This document shows positions 9,722 to 17,024 of a DNA stretch of 64,000 nt, piece by piece; position 1 is the first letter of the stretch; each line of letters opens with the position of its first letter. The stretch is taken from positions 15,768 to 79,767 of the forward strand of contig JBGANR010000020.1 in assembly GCA_044222225.1 (NCBI GenBank), given 5' to 3'. Both the position numbers and the translations under genes were made by a program. The stretch comes from Mycobacteriaceae bacterium (lineage in GTDB: Bacteria > Actinomycetota > Actinomycetes > Mycobacteriales > Mycobacteriaceae). Below the pieces are notes generated by a model that did not search any database, was not told the origin of the DNA, and saw only the letters and a list, made by a program, of their open reading frames with translations.

Positions 9722-10573
9722 CTACTTCTTGCGGGCGGCGATGTCGCGCAGCTCGGTGAGCACCTCGTCGTCCCAGGTGTGACTGCGGATGAGCCGGAAG
9801 CGCTCGCCCGACAACCACATGTACAGCTCGGCGTCGGTCGCGTCGGGCAGGATGTCGGCGCGGCGCGCCATGCGGACGACGGGCAGGAACTCCTCGCCGA
9901 ACCAGCGGCGCGCGACGGTGGGCCGGCCGAGGAACTCGCCGCAGTCCTGGATGAGCCGGAACCCCCAGGCTTCGACGGCCTCGGCCAGCCGGGCGTAGGC
10001 CCACGGGTCGGTCAGCTCGATCGCGGCGCGCTGCGCGTGGTCGAGCGGCACGCGGCTGAGGAACAGCCGGCGATGATCCTTGAGGACGAGGTCGCTGCGC
10101 GCGGTGATCCCCGTCGGGCTCAGCCGGGTGTGCACCTCCGTGACGTAGGCGTCGATCGTCGGGAAGTGGTGGGCCATCGCGATCGACACGCGGTGGTGGC
10201 CGTCGACGACGAAATGCATGTCGCCGATCCGGTAGAGCTCGACGGGCGGCATCGACTCGCCGCGCCGCTGCGCCGCCGCGAGCCGCTGCCAGCGTGCGCG
10301 GGTGCGCGTCGTCGTCGGGCGGAACTTGCGGTCGAACTCGCGGGTGCGGTCGACGCTGCCGACGATCGACGAGACCGGAACCGTCTGCAGCCCGAGGGAG
10401 GTCTCGCCGGTGCGGCCGAGAGCGGCGACGACCTCGTCGAACGGCAGCACGTCGTTGACGTCCGCCGGGTTGCGGGCGATCCAGTTCCGCAGCCTGGCGA
10501 GCTCGGCGCGGCGCCGCTGCCGGGTGAAGTCCGACTGCGCGTCGGCGTCGGGGAAGCCGGTGTCACCCGCCAT
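9722..10573 (-). CDS. ParB/sulfiredoxin-like nuclease-domain protein (DGHHR motif)
   Basis: 283 aa. Contains YRIGDMHFVVDGHHRVSIAM, the ParB/Srx-fold catalytic signature. Its start overlaps the stop of the upstream phosphoesterase gene by 11 nt. Confidence 0.5.
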   Translation of the reverse strand: MAGDTGFPDADAQSDFTRQRRRAELARLRNWIARNPADVNDVLPFDEVVAALGRTGETSLGLQTVPVSSIVGSVDRTREFDRKFRPTTTRTRARWQRLAAAQRRGESMPPVELYRIGDMHFVVDGHHRVSIAMAHHFPTIDAYVTEVHTRLSPTGITARSDLVLKDHRRLFLSRVPLDHAQRAAIELTDPWAYARLAEAVEAWGFRLIQDCGEFLGRPTVARRWFGEEFLPVVRMARRADILPDATDAELYMWLSGERFRLIRSHTWDDEVLTELRDIAARKK

Positions 10574-11273
10574 GACGGCGCCTCGTGATGGTGATTCCCG
10601 TGCCGCCCGGTTCGATGTCGAACAGGCAGTACCCGACGGTGTTGATCGACACGGTCGCGCCGAGGGCAGCCGCGTCCCGACCCACCGGCAGCGGGATCGT
10701 GCGGTCGGACGGGACCTGCCCGTGCGGGTGGATGTGGCCGTGGACGAGCGCCTGCGGCCGCAGCTTCCGGACGAGCGGGGCGAGGGCGGTGAAGCCGCGA
10801 TGGCAGGGGTCCTCGGCGTCGCCCAGACCGCGGGCGGGGCTGTGGGTGAGCAGGAGGTCGACGCGGGCGCGCCGGCCGTGCCATCGGACGCGGCGCGCCC
10901 GGCCGGCGAACTGGCGATCGGTGTATTGGTTGGGGCCGGCGTTGTGCCGGATCGACCCGCCGAGACCGGCGATCGTCAGGCCGGCGACGGTGACGACGCG
11001 GCCGTCGGCGTTGACGCCGCCGCCGGGGCCGGGGTTCTCGCAGGGCAGGCCGGCGTACGTCCAGCCGGAACGAGTGCGCCGATAGCGGGTGAGATCGCGA
11101 TCGTGATTGCCCGGTACGAAGACCAGGGGGACGTCGCAGGCGTCGACGAGGGATTCGAGGTAGTCGAACGGCAGATCGCCCGCCGACAGCAGCAGGTCCG
11201 GACGCATCTCGGCGGCGCCGCCGCCCGGCAGAGCGGCGACGGTCTCGTCGGCGACCGCCAAGACTGTGACCAC
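10563..11273 (-). CDS. calcineurin-like metallophosphoesterase
   Basis: 236 aa with GTG start. Phosphoesterase motifs DxH...GD (LLLSAGDLPFD), GNHD (VFVPGNHDRD), and the C-terminal motifs in LLLTHSP and VHGHIHPHG. Confidence 0.7.
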   Translation of the reverse strand: MVTVLAVADETVAALPGGGAAEMRPDLLLSAGDLPFDYLESLVDACDVPLVFVPGNHDRDLTRYRRTRSGWTYAGLPCENPGPGGGVNADGRVVTVAGLTIAGLGGSIRHNAGPNQYTDRQFAGRARRVRWHGRRARVDLLLTHSPARGLGDAEDPCHRGFTALAPLVRKLRPQALVHGHIHPHGQVPSDRTIPLPVGRDAAALGATVSINTVGYCLFDIEPGGTGITITRRRHGG

Positions 11274-11353
11274 GGGGCAAGCCTAGACGAACGGATCAGC
11301 GGCCCGCTCGGGTCGGCGTTGCGCCGCGGACCCGTTCATCTAGCCTGACCGGC

Positions 11354-12007
11354 ATGGGTCAGGGCTTGACGGGGGAGGCCGTTCTCGGGCGGGTGCGCGC
11401 TCACCTCGACGCGACGCTGGGAGCAGGGCAGAAGGCGTCGGTGACGTTTCTGGGCGTCGAGCAGATCGACGTGCACCGCTATGCGGCGACCGGCGATGTC
11501 GTCTACGTCACGGTGGGGTGCTCACGGCATCCGATGCAGGACGCGGCGGCGACGCGGGGGGTGTCGATCGTGTCCGAGACGGGGCCGCGGGCCGAGCTCG
11601 TCATGCGGCTGCAGGCGACCCGCCCGTATCCGGGGCTGCATCGGCGGCTCGCGGCGATGGCGGCGGCTCCGGCCGTGGACGGCCTGGTGCTCGCGGCGGA
11701 CGCCGTGCTGCGCGTCGGCGAGCCGTTGTGGGACGGTGCGCCGTTCGACGCCGTTCTGCTCACCGGCGACGAGCTCGGTGACGTGCCGCTGGGCGACTCG
11801 CCGCTCGGTGACGTCCGGCCCGGCGGCCGGACGGAGCCTGCGGAATCGGCTCGGCATGTGGAGCCGGTGCGGCTGCTGCGGGCCGATCCGATCACGGAGA
11901 ACGAGGCCGCGTGGGTTCGGCTGCGCGGCGCCGACGCACTGCGGCAGGCCTGGCGGGAGGCCGGCGTCGACCCGGCCGATCCGGAGCGGCGGCCGGCGAC
12001 GCTGTGA
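11354..12007 (+). CDS. suppressor-of-fused (SUFU)-like domain protein
   Basis: 217 aa soluble protein. Overall resemblance to bacterial Sufu-domain proteins as recalled; no catalytic motifs. Assignment is tentative. Confidence 0.4.
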   Translation: MGQGLTGEAVLGRVRAHLDATLGAGQKASVTFLGVEQIDVHRYAATGDVVYVTVGCSRHPMQDAAATRGVSIVSETGPRAELVMRLQATRPYPGLHRRLAAMAAAPAVDGLVLAADAVLRVGEPLWDGAPFDAVLLTGDELGDVPLGDSPLGDVRPGGRTEPAESARHVEPVRLLRADPITENEAAWVRLRGADALRQAWREAGVDPADPERRPATL

Positions 12008-12035
12008 CGCGACGGTCCTACAAGACGCGGCGGTC

Positions 12036-13115
12036 CTACAACCAGTGGTTGCGGCGGAAGTTGCGGAACAGCAGGATCACGACGACCACCATGGCGCTGA
12101 GCACGACGTAGTAGCCGTACTCCGTCCCCAGCTCGGGCATGTGCTCGAAGTTCATGCCGTAGATGCCGGCCAGCATCGTCGGGAACGACGCCATCGCCAC
12201 CCACGCGGTGATCTTGCGCATGTCGGTGTTCTGCTGCAGGCCGACCTTGGCGAGGGCGGCCGCCAGCAGGGAGGACAGCACGTCGTCGTAGGTGCCGACG
12301 CGTTCGGCGACGACGGTGTGGTGGTCGAGCACGTCGCGGAAGTAGCGCCGGATCTCCTTCGGCACGATGTCGCTGTGCTGGCTCGTGACGCGCTCGAGCG
12401 GCTTGGCCAGCGGGTCGATGGCCCTCCGCAGCTCGACGACCTCGCGCTTGAGCAGGTAGATCGGATCGACCTCGATCTTGCGCTTGGGCGCGAAGACCGT
12501 CGATTCGACGGCGTCGACGTCGTCCTCGATCGCGTCGGCGACCTCGAGGTAGGTGTCGACGACGTGGTCGGCGATCGCGTGCATGACGGCGCACGGGCCG
12601 AGGGCGAGCAGATCCGGGCTCGCTTCGAGCGTGCGGCGGACGCCCGTCAGCTCCGTGTGCTCGCCGTGGCGGACCGCGATGACGAAGTTCTCGCCGACGA
12701 TGATCATGATCTCGCCGCTGTCGACGACCTCGCTGGCGGCCTCGATCGTCTCGTGCTCGACGTAGGTGACCGTCTTGAGGACGAGGAACAAGGTGTCGTC
12801 GTAGCGCTCCAGCTTCGGCCGCTGGTGGGCGTGCACGGCGTCCTCGACCATGAGCGGATGCAGGCCGTAGGTGACGGCCAGCGACGACATCTGTCGCTCG
12901 TCGGGGGCGTGGAGCCCGATCCAGACGAATCCCTCGCCTCGGGCGCGAACCTCCTGTAGGGCCTGGGTGTGGTCGAAGCGGCCGGGCAGGCGTCTGCCGT
13001 CCACGTAGATCCCGATGTCGACGACGGCGCGGGCGACGGGGACCGGCGGCACCACGGGCCGCGGGCGTCCCGGAGTTCCACCGCCGGTGTTTCGGCGCGC
13101 GGACAGCGGCCGCAT
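12036..13115 (-). CDS. corA: CorA-family Mg2+/Co2+ transporter
   Basis: 359 aa with ATG preceded by GAGGAGG. Two C-terminal TM helices flank the YGMNF signature (AGIYGMNFEHMPEL). Confidence 0.85.
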   Translation of the reverse strand: MRPLSARRNTGGGTPGRPRPVVPPVPVARAVVDIGIYVDGRRLPGRFDHTQALQEVRARGEGFVWIGLHAPDERQMSSLAVTYGLHPLMVEDAVHAHQRPKLERYDDTLFLVLKTVTYVEHETIEAASEVVDSGEIMIIVGENFVIAVRHGEHTELTGVRRTLEASPDLLALGPCAVMHAIADHVVDTYLEVADAIEDDVDAVESTVFAPKRKIEVDPIYLLKREVVELRRAIDPLAKPLERVTSQHSDIVPKEIRRYFRDVLDHHTVVAERVGTYDDVLSSLLAAALAKVGLQQNTDMRKITAWVAMASFPTMLAGIYGMNFEHMPELGTEYGYYVVLSAMVVVVILLFRNFRRNHWL

Positions 13116-13270
13116 GGCCCACCTCCTCGTCGGACTTCACGATCCGGGCCCGTTCGCGTCGTGCCTGCGCCCGTGGTGGCCGGACGCGTCGCCGAGCCGA
13201 CCGCAGGTCATGGTAGACCTCCCGGCGCAGCGGCGACCGCCGAAGCACGGGCGACCGCTGCTGGGCTACG

Positions 13271-13867
13271 GTGGCCGAGATGCCCAGGAGACTGTCGTTG
13301 GTGGTCGCCGTCGTGATCGCGGCGGCACCGGTCGCGGGGTGCGCGACGGACTCCGGCGCGCGCCCGGACGCGGTCGTCGTGGGGTACGCCGGTGATCCGG
13401 TGCGCCGGGCGGCCGCGGCCGTCTATGCCGCGGCGATCCCCGGCGCGCGGCTGGCCGACGCTCCCGCCGAGGACGGGGAGCAGCTCGACAGGTTGCTGCG
13501 CGGCGAGACCGACGTCCTGGCGACCTATAGCGGCCCGCTGCTGGCGCGGCTCGAACCGGCCTCGCCCGCGACGACCGAGGACGAGGTGTACGCCGAGCTG
13601 TTCCGGGCCCTGCCGCCCGGGGTCACGGTCGGGGTGGAGGGCACCGTCGGCGCCGATCCGGGCGCCCCGGAGGCGACGCCGGTCCGTGCGCTGCTGCCCG
13701 TCGTGCGCACCGCGCGGCTGGACAAGGCGCTGTTCCAGCGGCTCAGCGCCGTCTCGTCCGTGCTGACGCGGACGGCCCTCGCCGAGTTGGCGAGGGCCGT
13801 CGAAGCGGGTTCCGACGTGCGGGAGGCGGCCCGCAGCTGGGTCGAGGAGAACGTCAGAACTTCGTGA
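13271..13867 (+). CDS. lipoprotein (solute-binding-protein-like)
   Basis: Signal peptide with lipobox (VIAAAPVAGC). By position (after corA, before the SDR and kgd) it corresponds to the mycobacterial lipoprotein I recall there as LpqZ. Confidence 0.55.
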   Translation: MAEMPRRLSLVVAVVIAAAPVAGCATDSGARPDAVVVGYAGDPVRRAAAAVYAAAIPGARLADAPAEDGEQLDRLLRGETDVLATYSGPLLARLEPASPATTEDEVYAELFRALPPGVTVGVEGTVGADPGAPEATPVRALLPVVRTARLDKALFQRLSAVSSVLTRTALAELARAVEAGSDVREAARSWVEENVRTS

Positions 13868-14705
13868 AGCGTCCGGCGATCCGGGCGTTGACCTGGCGAT
13901 AGAGCGCCGGGAACAGCCGGACGAGGGCGTCGAGCAGCTTGGCGTCGGCACCGATGAGCACGCGGCTGCGGTCGCGTTCGACGCCGCGGATGATCGTCGC
14001 CGCGGCCTGTTCGGCGGTCGTCCGTGCGAGGTGCTTGTCGAAGAAGGCGGCGGCGTCCTTCGCGCTCATGCCTTCGGCGGCCGTCGCGTTGCGCGCGATG
14101 GCGGTCTTGACGCCGCCGGGGTGCACGCACGTCACGCGGACGGGGCGTCGGTCGGCGATCATCTCCTGCTGCAGAGCCTCGGTGAAGCCGCGGACGGCGA
14201 ACTTCGCGGCGTTGTATGCGGCCTGCCCGGGCATCGAGAGGAGGCCGAAGAGCGACGAGACGTTGACGACGTGGCCGTCGCCCGACTCGATGAGGTGGGG
14301 CAGGAACGCCTTGGTGCCGTTGACGACGCCCCAGAAGTCGACGTCCATGATGCGCTCGACGTCCTTGAACTCGGTCTGCTCGACCGGGCCGTTGAACGCG
14401 ATGCCCGCGTTGTTGACGATGATGTGCACGGCGCCGAAGTGGTTCTTCACCGTCTCGGCGTATTCGAGCACCGCCTCGCGCTCGGCGACGTCGAGGCGCT
14501 GGACGTGCACGGCGGTGTCGTCCGTCTCGCCGGCGGTGAGGCCGGCCTGCGTCGCGAGCAGCGCGCGGGTCTGTTCGAGCCCGGCGAGGTCGACGTCCGA
14601 GACGGCGACCCGCGCTCCCTTGGCCGCCAGCTGAAGTGCCAGCTCGCGGCCGATTCCGGACCCCGCGCCCGTGACGACGGCGACTTTTCCCTGGATCTTC
14701 GTCAT
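13854..14705 (-). CDS. short-chain dehydrogenase/reductase (SDR)
   Basis: 283 aa; ATG at 14705 with an AG-rich RBS. TGAGSGIGR cofactor motif, NNAG, and the catalytic YNAAK. The track's 827-aa ORF (13854..16337) is a read-through of this frame. Confidence 0.85.
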   Translation of the reverse strand: MTKIQGKVAVVTGAGSGIGRELALQLAAKGARVAVSDVDLAGLEQTRALLATQAGLTAGETDDTAVHVQRLDVAEREAVLEYAETVKNHFGAVHIIVNNAGIAFNGPVEQTEFKDVERIMDVDFWGVVNGTKAFLPHLIESGDGHVVNVSSLFGLLSMPGQAAYNAAKFAVRGFTEALQQEMIADRRPVRVTCVHPGGVKTAIARNATAAEGMSAKDAAAFFDKHLARTTAEQAAATIIRGVERDRSRVLIGADAKLLDALVRLFPALYRQVNARIAGRFTKF

Positions 14706-14725
14706 GATTTTCGCTTTCTTCGTCG

Positions 14726-16255
14726 TCAGGATGCGGCCCGGACGGGCACGCGGGTGTGGGCGGGAACGGCGTCGTAGGCCGGCAGGTCGAAGGTGCGGGT
14801 GGCGCGGCGGAAGACGAAGGTGAAGCCCGGCCACAGCGTCGTGATGTTGCCGAAGCGGTCCTTGTACCAGCTGGAACAGCCGCCGGTCTCCCACACCGAG
14901 TCGGCCAGCGTCTTCTGCAGCCCCTCGTTGTAGTCGCGCTGCACGCCGGCCCGGACGTCGACGGCCGCGAGCCCGCGCTCGCGCATCGTCGACAGCTGGC
15001 CGATCAGGTAGTTCAGCTGCGATTCGATCATGAAGATCATCGACGTGTGGCCGAGGCCGGTCGACGGGCCGACCATGAGGAACAGGTTGGGGAAGCCGTG
15101 GACCGCCGAGCCCTTGTAGGCCGTCATGCCGCCCTCCGCCCAGACGTCGGCGAGGCTGCGGCCGTCGGCGCCGTGGATGGTGGCGAAGGCGGGCGAGTCG
15201 GTGACGTGGAAGCCGGTGGCGACGACGAGCGCGTCGATCTCGCGGACGGTGCCGTCCTTCGTGACGACGGCCGTCGGGGTGATCTTCGCGATGGGATCGG
15301 TGACGACGTCGACGTTCTCCCGCGCCAGCGCCGGGTAGTACGTGTTGGACAGCAGCATCCGCTTGCAGCCGACCTTCCAGCGCGGGGTGACCTTGGCGCG
15401 CAGCTCCGGGTCGGAGATCGCGCGGGCGATGTTGGCGCGGCCGAGCCACTCGAGCGGCTTGAGGATGTTCGGCCGGTACGTGAGGCCGAACGAGACGAGT
15501 TCGTGGCCCGCGTAGATCGCGGTGCGCGAGGTCTTCTGCACGATCGGCGTGCGCCGGAACAACGTGCGTTCGGCGTCGAGATAAGGCCGGTCGGTGCGCG
15601 GCAGCACCCACGGGGCCGTCCGCTGATAGACGTCCAGCCGGCCGACCGTGCCGGCGAGCTCGGGGATGATCTGGACGGCCGACGCGCCGGTGCCGATGAC
15701 CGCGACGCGCTTGCCGGTGAGGTCGTAGTCGTGATTCCAGCGGGCCGAATGGAACACCTCGCCGCCGAAGTCCTCGATGCCGTCGATCTCCGGGAGCTTC
15801 GGCTCGCACAGCGGGCCGACGGCGCCGACGAGGAATGAGGCGACGACGGGCCCGGTGCTCGTCGCCAGCCGCCACGCCTGCTCGGCGTCGTCCCAGTGCG
15901 CCTCGGTGACCTCGGTGGAGAAGCGGGTTCGGGAGGCGATGTCGTACTTGGCCGCCACGCGTTCGATGTACGCGTGGATCTCCGGCCCGCGACCGTAAGA
16001 GCGGCTCCAGCCGGGATTCGGCTCGAAGGAGTACGAGTACAGGTGGCTGGGGACGTCGCAGGCGGCGCCGGGGTAGGTGTTGTCGCGCCAGGTGCCGCCG
16101 AACGTCGTCCCCCGGTCGAGCAGGAGGACGTCCTCGAAACCGTGCTGCGTCAGCTTGATGGCCGCGCCGAGGCCGGAGAACCCGGCGCCGATGATCGCGA
16201 CGCCGACCCGGACAGGAGCGTCCGCGGCGCCGGAGGTGTCTGTTACTGCTGTCAT
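14726..16255 (-). CDS. flavin-containing / Baeyer-Villiger-type monooxygenase (EthA-like class B)
   Basis: FAD motif VAIIGAGFSGLGAA, the FMO fingerprint (DxxGTWxxNxYPG, here FGGTWRDNTYPG), and a second Rossmann motif VAVIGTGASAVQ. Start at the ATG at 16255 (MTAVTDT); the TTG at 16294 would add 13 aa. Confidence 0.8.
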   Translation of the reverse strand: MTAVTDTSGAADAPVRVGVAIIGAGFSGLGAAIKLTQHGFEDVLLLDRGTTFGGTWRDNTYPGAACDVPSHLYSYSFEPNPGWSRSYGRGPEIHAYIERVAAKYDIASRTRFSTEVTEAHWDDAEQAWRLATSTGPVVASFLVGAVGPLCEPKLPEIDGIEDFGGEVFHSARWNHDYDLTGKRVAVIGTGASAVQIIPELAGTVGRLDVYQRTAPWVLPRTDRPYLDAERTLFRRTPIVQKTSRTAIYAGHELVSFGLTYRPNILKPLEWLGRANIARAISDPELRAKVTPRWKVGCKRMLLSNTYYPALARENVDVVTDPIAKITPTAVVTKDGTVREIDALVVATGFHVTDSPAFATIHGADGRSLADVWAEGGMTAYKGSAVHGFPNLFLMVGPSTGLGHTSMIFMIESQLNYLIGQLSTMRERGLAAVDVRAGVQRDYNEGLQKTLADSVWETGGCSSWYKDRFGNITTLWPGFTFVFRRATRTFDLPAYDAVPAHTRVPVRAAS

Positions 16256-16276
16256 AGATATCAATGTAGGGCCCTG

Positions 16277-16313
16277 TTGACCGATAGTCAACAACTAATT
16301 GACCGCGAGTCAG
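16277..16313. promoter_or_regulatory. two TTGAC-N5-GTCA(A/G) inverted repeats in the TetR / monooxygenase divergent intergenic region (candidate TetR operators)
   Basis: TTGACCGATAGTCAA at 16277-16291 and TTGACCGCGAGTCAG at 16299-16313, within the 71-nt gap between the divergently transcribed TetR gene and the EthA-like monooxygenase gene. Confidence 0.45.
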
Positions 16314-16326
16314 TAGAATCGCCGGC

Positions 16327-16935
16327 ATGACCGCCATCGCACCCCGCCGCCGCTTGAGTAAAGAGGAGCGGCGCCGTCAGCTGCTGGAGGCCGGACGCGA
16401 CCTGCTCGCCGAGCGCGGCCTCGAACAGGTGACCGTCGACGCCGTGACGTCGCGCGCCGGCGCGTCGAAGGCGTTGCTGTTCCACTACTTCGGGTCGTTT
16501 CCCGACTACCAGCTCGAGCTGCTGCGGGATCAGGGCGAGCGGCTGCTGGAGGCCACCGCACCCGACCCGGCGCTCGCCGACGATCCGTTCGCCATGCTGC
16601 GGGCCTCGCTCGCGGCGTACGTCGACTTCATCGAGCAGGAGCCGTCCGTCTACGTCTCGCTGCTGCGCGGTACGGCCAGCACCGATCCGGCGATGCGCGA
16701 GCTCGTCGACGACGTTCGCGGGCGGATGGCGGCGCGGCCGCTGGCGCTGGCGCCCATGTTGGGGATCGAGCCGACGCGGCAGCTGGAGCTCGCGGTGACC
16801 GGGTGGATCGCCTTCGTCGAAGAGGTGACGATCCGCTGGCTGCAGGGCGGCACGGACGTCGATCGGGAGGGGCTGCTCGACCTCACGGCGGGGGCGCTCA
16901 TCGGCGTCGTGGGAATGGCGATCGGCGACGGGTAG
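16327..16935 (+). CDS. TetR-family transcriptional regulator
   Basis: N-terminal TetR HTH (RQLLEAGRDLLAERGLEQVTVDAVTSRAGASKALLFHYF). Divergent to the monooxygenase-SDR operon. Confidence 0.85.
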   Translation: MTAIAPRRRLSKEERRRQLLEAGRDLLAERGLEQVTVDAVTSRAGASKALLFHYFGSFPDYQLELLRDQGERLLEATAPDPALADDPFAMLRASLAAYVDFIEQEPSVYVSLLRGTASTDPAMRELVDDVRGRMAARPLALAPMLGIEPTRQLELAVTGWIAFVEEVTIRWLQGGTDVDREGLLDLTAGALIGVVGMAIGDG

Positions 16936-17024
16936 AGACGCCGCCGGCCGGCCACCGCGTCGAAAGCGGGGCCGGCCGGCGGAGTGATCGGGTCAAGCTG
17001 CGACCGGGTCAGGCTGCGATCGGA

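Noticed and set aside
11503-13248. 581-aa minus-strand ORF (Arg-rich) overlapping corA in another frame
   Set aside because: Extreme Arg/Pro/Gly bias and no motifs. corA in its own frame has the YGMNF signature and two TM helices.
13854-16337. 827-aa ORF spanning the SDR and monooxygenase region
   Set aside because: Read-through of the SDR frame upstream of its real ATG (14705, with its own RBS). The upstream part is Arg-rich nonsense that overlaps the monooxygenase gene, which has its own conserved frame.
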